NCBI GenBank assembly: GCA_964520585.1
Contig: CAZFOO010000012.1
Span: forward strand, 1-58,584
Length of the DNA: 58,584 bases
DNA from: an uncultured Bacteroidales bacterium
Lineage (GTDB): Bacteria > Bacteroidota > Bacteroidia > Bacteroidales > PUMT01
Direction of reading: 5' to 3'
Shown: piece after piece, positions 39,870 to 49,067 of the stretch
How the letters are laid out: every line of letters begins with the position of its first letter
Position numbering within the stretch: the first letter of the stretch is position 1
Position numbers and translations under genes: made by a program
The notes under the pieces: model-generated
Told to the model about the DNA's origin: nothing
The model's input: the letters and a program-made list of their open reading frames with translations, nothing else
Databases searched by the model: none

Positions 39870-40688
39870 ATGAGAAGTAAGATCTTTATATTTATATTTA
39901 TTTTGTCTGCTTCAGCCATTTTCGCCGAAGAGGGAGATAGATGCGTTCATGATATTTTTGCCTTTCAATCTGGTGAGGAGGTTCAATATACTGTTTATTA
40001 TAATTGGGGACTTTTATGGGTAAATGCGGGACTGGTAACTTTTAATGTGCATGAGTGCCTTTATAGAAACCGGCCGGTTTACCACCTGGATAGTTATGGC
40101 CGTACTCACCGCCGTTATGACTGGATGTTCAAGGTAAGGGACAGGTTCCAGTCCTACGTGGACAAGGAGACATTTCGTCCCCTCTGGTACGAGATGGATA
40201 CCTATGAGGGTGGTTATGTGGCAAGAGATCTTTATAATTTTATACCTGAAAGCAACCAGGTGATCACCACTACGGAAAATTCCGACCGGCCGCTTAGGGT
40301 TGACACCCTGGATATACAGACTTGCTCATACGATGTTATAACGGCCATATATGTTGCCCGTAACCTTGATTTTGCCTCCTACAGCATAAATGAGCCAATA
40401 CCCTTCAGCATACTTATCAGCAACGAACTCTTTGAACTTAGTCCCCGCTACCTCGGCAAAGAGACCATCACAACCCGGGAAGGAGAGACTTTCAGTTGTA
40501 TCAAGTTTTCTGTTGAGCTGGTGGAAGGGTTTATCTTTACGGGAGGGCATGATATGTTCGTATGGGTGACCGACGATGATAACCGTGTTCCTGTACTGGT
40601 GGAAGCGCAGATACGGGTTGGTTCGGTTAAGGCCATGCTAAAGTCTTCCCGGGGTCTCCGGAATCAGGAATCGGCGAGGGTTGAGTGA
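39870..40688 (+). CDS. DUF3108 domain exported protein
   Basis: Signal peptide; AFQSGE...YYNWG..WVNAG, FKVRD, WVTDDDNRVPV..EA.I.VGSVK. Confidence 0.75.
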   Translation: MRSKIFIFIFILSASAIFAEEGDRCVHDIFAFQSGEEVQYTVYYNWGLLWVNAGLVTFNVHECLYRNRPVYHLDSYGRTHRRYDWMFKVRDRFQSYVDKETFRPLWYEMDTYEGGYVARDLYNFIPESNQVITTTENSDRPLRVDTLDIQTCSYDVITAIYVARNLDFASYSINEPIPFSILISNELFELSPRYLGKETITTREGETFSCIKFSVELVEGFIFTGGHDMFVWVTDDDNRVPVLVEAQIRVGSVKAMLKSSRGLRNQESARVE

Positions 40689-40766
40689 TCTGCCCCCAGA
40701 TTACTGGTAATAAATTTTTAAAATAGATTGGTCAGAAGAAGTCTGAGTGATCTGCCCGGATCTGTT

Positions 40767-41144
40767 TCAGGCTTCCTGGTGCTTTCTGCTGAACATCCAT
40801 TTCCATGCCAGCCATCCCGGAAAAAAGCCAAGGGTATTGGCAACAATATCCAGATAGCTGAAGTGACGGCCGTATCCTCCTGCAACTTGCAAAACTTCCA
40901 TTATCGTTCCCCAGGCAAATACAAAAAGAAGTGGAAAATACTGCCTGTATCTGCTGCTGAATTTCGTCGGCCAGGTATAGAAAATAAGGAAAGTAAGTAT
41001 TGTATACATCCCAAAGTGTATTACCTTGTCGGCGTGCGGGAATAATCCTGCACTGGGTATAGGTAATGAACCTGCGGGTAACAGGCTGAGTGCTGTAATG
41101 ATGATCAGATATATAAATAAAAGCATTATCCTGATTTTGAACAT
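40767..41144 (-). CDS. VanZ-family membrane protein
   Basis: DKVIHFGMY, EVLQ, R.FSYLDIVANTLG. Confidence 0.8.
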   Translation of the reverse strand: MFKIRIMLLFIYLIIITALSLLPAGSLPIPSAGLFPHADKVIHFGMYTILTFLIFYTWPTKFSSRYRQYFPLLFVFAWGTIMEVLQVAGGYGRHFSYLDIVANTLGFFPGWLAWKWMFSRKHQEA

Positions 41145-41199
41145 TGGATTCTTTGTGAATTAACGGTAAAAATAAATATTTAGCGTGTTAGGCATAATA

Positions 41200-42090
41200 T
41201 TATCCCGGGTTTAGGATTTTGAGAAGGGATAAAAGTTCCGCCACCTTTTCCTTGAAACCTGACTTTTCATAAGCGATGACCAGGTTTTGCAATAACCGCC
41301 TGATGATCTCCTGGTTGGAACAAGGTGTGTACCAGCTTTTTTCCGGCTCCATGTTCTGCAGTTTCAGATAATGGTCTATCTCTTTCTTACCCAGTACCGT
41401 ACCCCTGTTATAGGGATTAATATAAAAAAGTACTTCCTTCATGGAAGTTTTCTTTTTTAAGGTGCTTTGCAATACACTTTTCAGGGGGCCGGGCTCGTCC
41501 ATATAGGCCAGGATGAATATTTTCGGGAGACTGACCCCTGAGATGGGAATATTCAGCCTTCTCGCTACCAGCATGTATATTATGGCCAGTGATACTGCGT
41601 TTCCTTTTTTGCTTTCCAGTACCTGGTTTAGGTAAGAATTGCGGGGTGCATGTGCCGTTTCATTCCTCCTGAATTTATGCAGGTCGAACATTATATGGTT
41701 CATTACCCTTACCTTTTCAAGTGCGGTCAGCCTGTTATTAAGCTCCAGCCAGACATCTTTGGCAATCCGCTCTATTTCCTGTTCAGTATCATCTGGCTCA
41801 AGATCGGGAAACTGGTATTTAGCTATCCAGAATGCTCCTTCGTGCAGGTCTTTTGCACCTGACTCATTCCATCTAAGAAGATTGTTTTTTACGTTGATGA
41901 ACTGAATTTCCTGAATAATGGTTTCAATTTTTTCCTGGTAAAGGAGGTCGGGTGATCTTTCCCACGCATTTTCAAGTTCGGGAATAATATCGGTCCCCAG
42001 CTTCCTCAGGTTGCCGGTAACTACATCGCTTACCTCGGCATCGGGGTCGTCGAGAAGATGTATCAGTGCCTGTATATCCTTTTTATTCAT
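41200..42090 (-). CDS. transglutaminase-like SirB1-family protein
   Basis: ALIHLLDDPD, NSYLNQVLESKKGN..SLAIIY, FYINPYNRG. Confidence 0.8.
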   Translation of the reverse strand: MNKKDIQALIHLLDDPDAEVSDVVTGNLRKLGTDIIPELENAWERSPDLLYQEKIETIIQEIQFINVKNNLLRWNESGAKDLHEGAFWIAKYQFPDLEPDDTEQEIERIAKDVWLELNNRLTALEKVRVMNHIMFDLHKFRRNETAHAPRNSYLNQVLESKKGNAVSLAIIYMLVARRLNIPISGVSLPKIFILAYMDEPGPLKSVLQSTLKKKTSMKEVLFYINPYNRGTVLGKKEIDHYLKLQNMEPEKSWYTPCSNQEIIRRLLQNLVIAYEKSGFKEKVAELLSLLKILNPG

Positions 42091-42970
42091 GGTATTCCGT
42101 TACAAGTTTTCCCAGTACCCTGTCAATGAGTTTTAACATCGTCTCTTCATGCCTGGTGCTGTATGTCTTTGTACTCCTGTTAGCTATAACAGCACACACG
42201 GTAACAGCTTCATGGCCTAGAAGTCTGGAAAGTCCGTAAATTGCCGATCTTTCCATTTCATACTTTGCTAACCGGTGCCTTCCCTACCTGAACAGTTCTC
42301 TCTTGTCATTCAGTCCCGCGTCGGCGGTTCTGAGCCTTAGCTCGCGGCCCTGTGGACCGTAAAAGCCGGGTGCGGAAATGGTAACTCCCGGTATCATACC
42401 TTCTCCGCTGAATTTTCTGAATAGCTCACCGGAGGCAGCTACAACATAAGGCGACGCAAGCCTTACGTCCCAGTCCACGAACTTCTTAAACGCCTCTTCA
42501 AAGCCCTTGTCGCATATCTCATCGCGGCGGGCATAAAAATTAAGGAGTCCGTCGAAACCCATTGCCATCTCTGAAATAACAAAAGAGTCCACCGGAATAT
42601 CCTTCTGGAGGGAGCCGGTGGTTCCTATACGGATAAAATTGAGCTTTTGGGGCTCTTCTTTTACCTGCCTGGTATGCATGTCAATGTTTGCCAGCGCATC
42701 AATTTCGGTTAGCACAATGTCTATGTTGTCAGTTCCTATGCCTGTTGCAATGACACTCACCCTGGTTCCCTTGTAGTATCCGGTGTGGGTAACGAACTCT
42801 CTTCTTCTTTTTATTATTTCGACCGAATCGAAAAAGGAGGAAATTATCTCTACCCGGTCCGGATCGCCGACAAGTATAATATTGGATGCTATATCGCCGG
42901 GAATCAGGTTCAGGTGATATATGCTGCCGTTGGGATTCAGCACCAGGTCAGTTGTTTTCAGGTTGTCCAT
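42083..42970 (-). pseudogene. udp: nucleoside (uridine) phosphorylase with one in-frame TAG at 42284-42286 (pseudogene or sequence error)
   Basis: GSIYHL, LVGDPDRV, TGIGTDNIDIV, RIGTTGSLQ, GFYGPQGR; after the TAG the frame continues YEMERSAIYGLSRLLGHEAVTVCAVIANR to TAA 42083, overlapping the next ATG. Confidence 0.8.
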
Positions 42971-43156
42971 CTGAAAAGTTGCTTTTTTTGTTTTTATGCA
43001 ATCCATACCTTAACAGGTAATGGCCGGGTAGCTTTTTCACAAAGATAAAAAATAATTGCTTTTATGATCATCCATATGCAGAGTCACAGAAATTCCCTCC
43101 ATGTTTACCTGAACCTGCCGGCATTCGGGTACATTTATCCTGCAAAAGGCATGAAT

Positions 43157-43188
43157 TTTGCCCTAAAAGATTCATATGTGTATCTTTG
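43157..43188 (+). promoter_or_regulatory. consensus Bacteroidota promoter
   Basis: TTTG(43157-43160)-N20-TATCTTTG(43181-43188); a divergent -7 element for udp lies at 43040-43047 on the minus strand. Confidence 0.65.
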
Positions 43189-43204
43189 GGATGCATGGAT
43201 TTAG

Positions 43205-43247
43205 AAGCAGCATTCAGCTAAAAGTTCAACTTTAGCTGAATGTGCTT
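43205..43247. repeat. long hairpin in the DUF4293 leader
   Basis: AAGCA-G-CATTCAGCTAAA-AGTTCAAC-TTTAGCTGAATG-TGCTT. Confidence 0.65.
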
Positions 43248-43340
43248 GAATTGATATATACGAGTTTTTTTTGATATTGGTTTTACGGTACAGGAATTTA
43301 TTCTTTATCTTTACTGCAGCTTATAAAGAAAATAAATATT

Positions 43341-43808
43341 ATGATACAGCGAATACAAACTATCTATCTGTTTCTAGCGGCTATTGTTCTGTTTTCAATA
43401 TTCTTTTTTCCTTTTGTGGAAGTTGTCGATGTCAATGATCAGTATTACCGGTATGATATACATGGGATCCATCAAGGCATGGGGGAAACGGCACAGCTTG
43501 TTTATTCTGTATTGCCGTTGAGGTTTTTGGTATTCGTCACTGCCTTATTATCGCTGGTCACCATTTTCCTGTTTAAGCGCAGGATCCTGCAGATAAGATT
43601 ATCCATCTTCAATATAGTATTGCTGGCAGGTTTCTATGCCCTTTTCTTTTTCTATCTCTACCAGCTTAATCAGGAGGCTGATGCGGCCACCACAAGTTAC
43701 AAGATACCGGTGGTATTCCCGGTGGTGGCCATCATCTTTATTTACCTGGCAATACGTAACATCGGCAAGGATGAGCTTCTGGTAAGGTCGTACGACAGGA
43801 TAAGGTAA
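43341..43808 (+). CDS. DUF4293 family membrane protein
   Basis: MIQRIQTIYL start, IFLFKRRILQ, I.KDE.LVRSYDRIR end. Confidence 0.85.
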   Translation: MIQRIQTIYLFLAAIVLFSIFFFPFVEVVDVNDQYYRYDIHGIHQGMGETAQLVYSVLPLRFLVFVTALLSLVTIFLFKRRILQIRLSIFNIVLLAGFYALFFFYLYQLNQEADAATTSYKIPVVFPVVAIIFIYLAIRNIGKDELLVRSYDRIR

Positions 43809-43821
43809 TACGGGGAAAGTC

Positions 43822-44283
43822 CTATATAAAGACCATATGCTCCTGATCGGTTATCTTTTCACAATAATGGCACTTCAGCGACACTTCATTTTTTGATATG
43901 ACCCTGAATTTCGGTTTAACATTATCGTTGTTGGTAATACATTTAGGGTTGAAGCATTTAACTATACCTGTAAATTCATCGGGCACTATCACTTTCTTTT
44001 TTTCCTCTACTTTATAATTCCTTATAATGTTGAGTTTTGCTTGTGGCGCAGCTACTGCGATACGGTTTATCTCTTCATCCACAAAGAACTTGTCAGATAT
44101 CTTGACAATGGCTTTCAGTCCCTGCTTTTTGCTTTCCAGATTGGTACCGAATGTAATCTGATTTTCTATATGATCAAGTCCCAGAATATTAATTACCTTA
44201 AAAAGGTTGTTCGCCGGTATGTGATCTATAACAGTGCCGTTTTTTATAGCACTCACCATTAACTGTTTAACATTTTTTTCCAT
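43822..44283 (-). CDS. pyrI: aspartate carbamoyltransferase regulatory chain
   Basis: VSAIKNGTVIDHIP; Zn ligands CFNPKC and CHYC. Confidence 0.95.
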   Translation of the reverse strand: MEKNVKQLMVSAIKNGTVIDHIPANNLFKVINILGLDHIENQITFGTNLESKKQGLKAIVKISDKFFVDEEINRIAVAAPQAKLNIIRNYKVEEKKKVIVPDEFTGIVKCFNPKCITNNDNVKPKFRVISKNEVSLKCHYCEKITDQEHMVFI

Positions 44284-44289
44284 TTCTGT

Positions 44290-45201
44290 TTAGTTTTTTA
44301 TTCCGAGAATCAGTGATATAATTGCCTGTCTGGTATAAACCCCGTTTAAAGCCTGTTGGAAATAATACGCCTTGTCGTTACTGTCAACATCGGTGCTGAT
44401 CTCGCTGACACGTGGCAGTGGGTGGAGTATCTTCAGGTTATCCCTGGTATCCTGCAGCATGCTATTTCTTAATATATATGCGTTTTTTGTTTTTTCGTAC
44501 TCTATAGGGTCGGAGAACCGCTCCTTCTGTACCCTGGTTACATACATTATATCGGCCTCGGAAGCAATGTCCTTAAAGTCAGTATATTCGTAATACTTTA
44601 AGCCTTTTTGGTCAAGTATCATTTTATATTCATGGGGCACCCTCAGTTCTTTAGGGGATATGAAATAGTATGTCGCATTGAAATGTGCCATGGCCATCAG
44701 AAGGGAGTGTACGGTGCGGCCATATTTGAGGTCCCCCACAATTACAAGATTCAGGTTGTCAAGTGTGCCCTGGGTTTTCCTTATCGAGTAAAGGTCCAGC
44801 AGGGTCTGTGTAGGATGCTGGTTGGCCCCGTCTCCCGCATTAACAACCGGTACCGTGGCTACTTCGCTGGCATATCTCGCACTGCCTTCAATGGGATGGC
44901 GCATCACTATCAGGTCACTGTAATTACTGACGGTCTTGATGGTGTCATTTAGTGATTCACCTTTTGTGGAGCTGGATGAGGCAGTGTCCGAGAATCCTAT
45001 TATCCTGCCTCCAAGCCTGTTGACGGCACTCTCGAAACTTAGGCGGGTTCTTGTAGAGGGTTCAAAAAACAGGGTGGCAACCACCTTTTCCTGCAGAAGT
45101 TGCTGGGATGGGTTTTTCTCGAATTCACCTGCCAGGTCAAGCACTCGAATTAGTTCCTCCTTCGAGTAATCGTCGATTGATATTAGACTTTTATTCTTCA
45201 T
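44290..45201 (-). CDS. pyrB: aspartate carbamoyltransferase catalytic chain
   Basis: [37 protein letters not shown]. Confidence 0.97.
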   Translation of the reverse strand: MKNKSLISIDDYSKEELIRVLDLAGEFEKNPSQQLLQEKVVATLFFEPSTRTRLSFESAVNRLGGRIIGFSDTASSSSTKGESLNDTIKTVSNYSDLIVMRHPIEGSARYASEVATVPVVNAGDGANQHPTQTLLDLYSIRKTQGTLDNLNLVIVGDLKYGRTVHSLLMAMAHFNATYYFISPKELRVPHEYKMILDQKGLKYYEYTDFKDIASEADIMYVTRVQKERFSDPIEYEKTKNAYILRNSMLQDTRDNLKILHPLPRVSEISTDVDSNDKAYYFQQALNGVYTRQAIISLILGIKN

Positions 45202-45316
45202 TGGTAAGGGTTATGGTTAGCAATTTATCTGTTGCACGGTTATAATATGGCTCATAATGCCATGCAGGTAAAAATAATCAAGTTAAGGGAGGCAAAAAAA
45301 TGGTGTTAATAATTTA

Positions 45317-45931
45317 TTAATAAGTTCCTGGGATTTTTTTTATGCCGGCCGTTCTGATGCGTTTAAGGCGTTCATAAAGTCTTTTAGATCTTTTCAGCGG
45401 GATGCGTGCCTGGATTGAACAGTCCATCCCGAAGTCCTGCGCCACCTGTTCGGCCTGTTCCTCTTTCAGTACCTTCATTACCATGTTCATGGCGCTGTAG
45501 GGGAAGCTTATATCGTATATATCCTCAACGTTTTCTGTAATGATATCGGACTGCTCAAGGGCATCTGCGGCAGCTTCACGATAGGCATTTATGAGTCCCC
45601 CGGTGCCAAGCAGGGTGCCGCCGAAATAGCGCACCACCACGATCAGTATGTTGGTCAGGTCATATTTTTGAATTTGTCCCAGTATGGGTTTGCCGGCTGT
45701 GTTTGTCGGTTCGCCGTCATCATTTACCCTGAAGTGTTCTTTTTCTGCACCCAGTCTCCAGGCATAGCAGTGGTGCCGGGCGTCATGGTATTTTTCGCGC
45801 AGTGTGTCGAGTATCTCTTTTACCTGGTCTTCACTGTTTACGGGCCAGGCTAAAGAAATGAATTTACTGCCCCTGTCCTTGAAAATACCTTGTGATGGTT
45901 TTTTTATGGTCAGGTAGCTTTGGCTTTCCAT
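45317..45931 (-). CDS. yigZ: YigZ/IMPACT family protein
   Basis: ARHHCYAW, NDDGEP..TAG.PI, VVRYFGGTLLG.GGLI.AY. Confidence 0.9.
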   Translation of the reverse strand: MESQSYLTIKKPSQGIFKDRGSKFISLAWPVNSEDQVKEILDTLREKYHDARHHCYAWRLGAEKEHFRVNDDGEPTNTAGKPILGQIQKYDLTNILIVVVRYFGGTLLGTGGLINAYREAAADALEQSDIITENVEDIYDISFPYSAMNMVMKVLKEEQAEQVAQDFGMDCSIQARIPLKRSKRLYERLKRIRTAGIKKIPGTY

Positions 45932-45936
45932 AGGGG

Positions 45937-46725
45937 CTATACAAGCATAAATTGTGAAGTGAAGAATGCTGCCGTTTTTGCCAGCACTATATCCCTTTGT
46001 TCATGATGAGGAATATGTCCGCACTGAGGTATGTGAAGAAATTCTCCCGGTCCTCCTACCCCCGATGTTATAGTCTCGGTCTGCAATGTAGTACCATAGT
46101 TGTCATCTTCGCCCTGTATGGCAAGCACCGGTGCCTGGATCTCCGGAAGGATAAGTTCTATGCTCCAGCTGGATGTTTCTCCTGAAGTCCACACGTTGGC
46201 CCAACTGTAAAACATTGAATCGGTGTTGTCTCCGTGATATTTAAGAAGCTTCTCACGCAAGCCGTTGTTCTTATATGCGTAAACAGCCTGTTCTATTCCC
46301 CGCACGGTAACGGGTTCAAGGAAGATATGTGAAGATTCGGCGACAAGAGCAACTGTTTTCTCCGGATAAAGTGCAGAGAAAATGAGTGCTATGGTTCCGC
46401 CGTCACTGTGTCCGAAAAGCATTACCCGTTGTGATATTTCAAGTTTTTCAAGCAATTCGGGAAGAACCCCTGAGGCCTCATGGTAAAGGAAGTCATTTTC
46501 CCGTGGTTCCTGTATCTTTTCAGATTTACCGTAACCGTAGCGGTCATACATCAGTCCGCGGCATCCCGTCATACGGCATAACATAAGCGGAAAATCCTTC
46601 CATAGTTTCATGCAGCCCAGACCCTCATGCAAAAATATTATTACCGGTTTTTCAGGATTATGAGAATCGTCATTAATCCATTGATAGGCAAGCTTATGAC
46701 CTCCAACTACCAGGTTTTTTATCAT
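45937..46725 (-). CDS. alpha/beta hydrolase
   Basis: FLHEGLG, GHSDGG nucleophile motif, QGEDD.YG, GHIPH; -7 element TATATTTG at 46751-46758 (minus strand). Confidence 0.9.
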   Translation of the reverse strand: MIKNLVVGGHKLAYQWINDDSHNPEKPVIIFLHEGLGCMKLWKDFPLMLCRMTGCRGLMYDRYGYGKSEKIQEPRENDFLYHEASGVLPELLEKLEISQRVMLFGHSDGGTIALIFSALYPEKTVALVAESSHIFLEPVTVRGIEQAVYAYKNNGLREKLLKYHGDNTDSMFYSWANVWTSGETSSWSIELILPEIQAPVLAIQGEDDNYGTTLQTETITSGVGGPGEFLHIPQCGHIPHHEQRDIVLAKTAAFFTSQFMLV

Positions 46726-46813
46726 ATGCTTCTTTCAAATTATTGGACGTCAAATATAGAAAAAATTGATTAAAAGCAAGCGTATTCAATGTTAATTATT
46801 AGGCGGCCAGGTT

Positions 46814-47857
46814 CTAAGCGGTTGCATCAGTGCTTTTTGGAATTATTTTTTTTTGGTGGCCTGCCGGCTGTATCCTGTAATTTTTAACTGCCTCTATTAG
46901 TTTGGGCATGACATCCTCTATATCACCTACTATGCCATAATCGGCTGATTTAAATATAGGGGCTTCGGGATCTTTGTTTACTGCTACTATCATTCCCGGT
47001 GAGTTTATTCCTGCAAGGTGCTGTACCGCCCCGGAAATTCCCAGCGCCAGGTAAATGCCAGGCGATATTACCTTGCCGGTTTGCCCTACGTAGCCGTCAT
47101 GGGGGCACCACCCTGCATCCCATGCTGGCCTTGAACATGCGGTTGCTCCACCCAGCAGCTCTGCCATTTCTTCTACATATCTCCAGTTTTGTTTGTTGCT
47201 CAGACCTCTTCCGCCAGATACAACTATTCCCGCTTCACTGAGTTTGACCTGTTCATTTGATTTGATAGTGCCTACAACGCGTATGCCCAGGATCTTATTA
47301 GGGGATGATGTTGTTTCGTGGTTACCCGGGATGAATTCGGAAACATTTAAAGGGACAGGGTTTTCTTTTATTCCAAAGCTGTTGGGAAGCAGAATAAGTA
47401 CTTTTACCGGGGTTCTCACTGTCACCGTTGCAATGGCTTTACCTGAAAATACTTTTTTGTTTATCATGAAAGGATTGTAATTTTTGGGAAGCGAATATAT
47501 GCCGGGAATCATACCTGCTCTGAGCTTTGCCGAAACCACGGGGGCTATGGCTTTTCCTGCAACACTACCTGCAAACAACACTATCCCCGCGTTCTCTTTT
47601 TCAGCCGCCTGCCTGATCGTTTCTGCATTATCTGAAATGCCCGGGTTGCTGTTTTGAATATCCTTCATCAGTATAATATTGTCTGCTCCATATTTTGCCA
47701 TGCATGCTAATGCTTCTTCATTGGCTTTTGATAAGGTCAGGGCAGTAACTGTACCTTTTGTATTGTTTTTCAATGTACATGCATAAGTCAGAAGTTCGAG
47801 TCCGCTTTTTCGTATTTTTCCCTCATCTGTTTCTATATATACTAAAATATTCTTCAT
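46814..47857 (-). CDS. etfA: electron transfer flavoprotein alpha subunit
   Basis: VVSGGRG, CSRP, VGQTGK, GISGAVQHLAG, NKDPEAPIF..ADYGIVGD; ATG 47857. Confidence 0.9.
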   Translation of the reverse strand: MKNILVYIETDEGKIRKSGLELLTYACTLKNNTKGTVTALTLSKANEEALACMAKYGADNIILMKDIQNSNPGISDNAETIRQAAEKENAGIVLFAGSVAGKAIAPVVSAKLRAGMIPGIYSLPKNYNPFMINKKVFSGKAIATVTVRTPVKVLILLPNSFGIKENPVPLNVSEFIPGNHETTSSPNKILGIRVVGTIKSNEQVKLSEAGIVVSGGRGLSNKQNWRYVEEMAELLGGATACSRPAWDAGWCPHDGYVGQTGKVISPGIYLALGISGAVQHLAGINSPGMIVAVNKDPEAPIFKSADYGIVGDIEDVMPKLIEAVKNYRIQPAGHQKKIIPKSTDATA

Positions 47858-47889
47858 GGAAAATGTTTGAATGATTTGCACATATTGTT

Positions 47890-48639
47890 TTATTTGGTTA
47901 CGGTACCGTTGCTCAGCTTTTCTGCAATCTCACTAAAATCATTGCCGGTTATTATCCTGCATTCCTTTTCTGAGTTTGGCAGTTCATATGCGGAATATTC
48001 CACCATCTGCTCTGCATCTATGGCCCGGAATACTTCAACAGGCTTGTTTCTTGCCTCCATTATGCCCCGCATAGAGGGAAGGCCGGGTGCAGAAGCCACC
48101 CCTTTTTGTATGACTGCAATAAACGGAACTTCTGCTTCCAGCTTTTCCTTCCCTCCTTCTACCTCTCTTTGCACCATTACTTTATTGTCATTTATTTCGA
48201 TAGCGGAAATGTTGGGCAGGCAGGCATAACCGGTAAGCTCCGCAAGCATTCCGCCTACGGCATTGCCGTTGAAATCGGAGGACTCGATTCCTGTGAGTAC
48301 CATATCGTAATAATCTGTATTAATTACTTCGGCTATCTGGCTGGCTACGAACCATGCATCAGGCGGATCTGCATCTATACGAATCGCCCTGTCGGCTCCC
48401 ATAGCCAGGGCTTTTGTGAGCGTGGGCGTGGCATCATTCCGTCCAACGGTGATTACCGTAAGTGACTCTATAAAATCCCCGTGCTCTTTCTTAAGCTCCA
48501 CAGCCCGTGTTAGTCCGAGTTCATCCCATGGATTGATAATCCATTTTATTTCTGAAAAATCTACTGAACTGCCATCCTGTGTAAGCCGGATTTTTGTTTC
48601 GGTATCAGGAACATGGCTTATACATACCAGTATTTTCAT
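47890..48639 (-). CDS. etfB: electron transfer flavoprotein beta subunit
   Basis: MKILVCISHVPDT, INPWDE, ALAMGADRA, G.ESSD, REVEGG. Confidence 0.9.
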   Translation of the reverse strand: MKILVCISHVPDTETKIRLTQDGSSVDFSEIKWIINPWDELGLTRAVELKKEHGDFIESLTVITVGRNDATPTLTKALAMGADRAIRIDADPPDAWFVASQIAEVINTDYYDMVLTGIESSDFNGNAVGGMLAELTGYACLPNISAIEINDNKVMVQREVEGGKEKLEAEVPFIAVIQKGVASAPGLPSMRGIMEARNKPVEVFRAIDAEQMVEYSAYELPNSEKECRIITGNDFSEIAEKLSNGTVTK

Positions 48640-48717
48640 GTGTACAAATCAGGTTAATCAAGTTAATATTCAATTAGTTATATTTTGCACGGAATTGAAT
48701 TTCCGTATTTCTAACCC

Positions 48718-48776
48718 ATGGATCCCTCATGTTTATACATTGTATTTTGTGTTAAGAATTAACATGAGGGATTCAT
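48718..48776. repeat. inverted repeat in the etfB-mvaA divergent region
   Basis: ATGGATCCCTCATGTT-N27-AACATGAGGGATTCAT (12 bp perfect, 16 bp with one G-U). Confidence 0.7.
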
Positions 48777-48851
48777 CTTTTTAATTAGTTTTATGCAAAC
48801 ATTTTTTTATAGTAATTAATATTACCTGATCCTTTATAAATATTTTTCAAT

Positions 48852-48890
48852 AAACAGTAAACAGTTTTTTGTTTTAAATGTTTACTGTTT
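48852..48890. repeat. perfect 12-bp inverted repeat in the etfB-mvaA divergent region
   Basis: AAACAGTAAACA-N15-TGTTTACTGTTT. Confidence 0.7.
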
Positions 48891-49067
48891 GTTTAACTAT
48901 TTGGTGTTTTGTTATCAACAAACAGCTTGTGGGGTGCCTGGTAATAATATTATTCAATATACAACAAATGTGATAACTTATGTGATCATTATGTTTTAAA
49001 ATTTATGAACAATAATGAAACTTTTGTTTAATTTTAGACTATAACCTTATCAAGAACCTGTTCTATT

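Noticed and set aside
42284-42286. Genome-wide TAG reassignment or pyrrolysine
   Set aside because: Several full-length genes end normally at TAG (10310, 36018, pyrI, 54752) and no pyl genes are seen.
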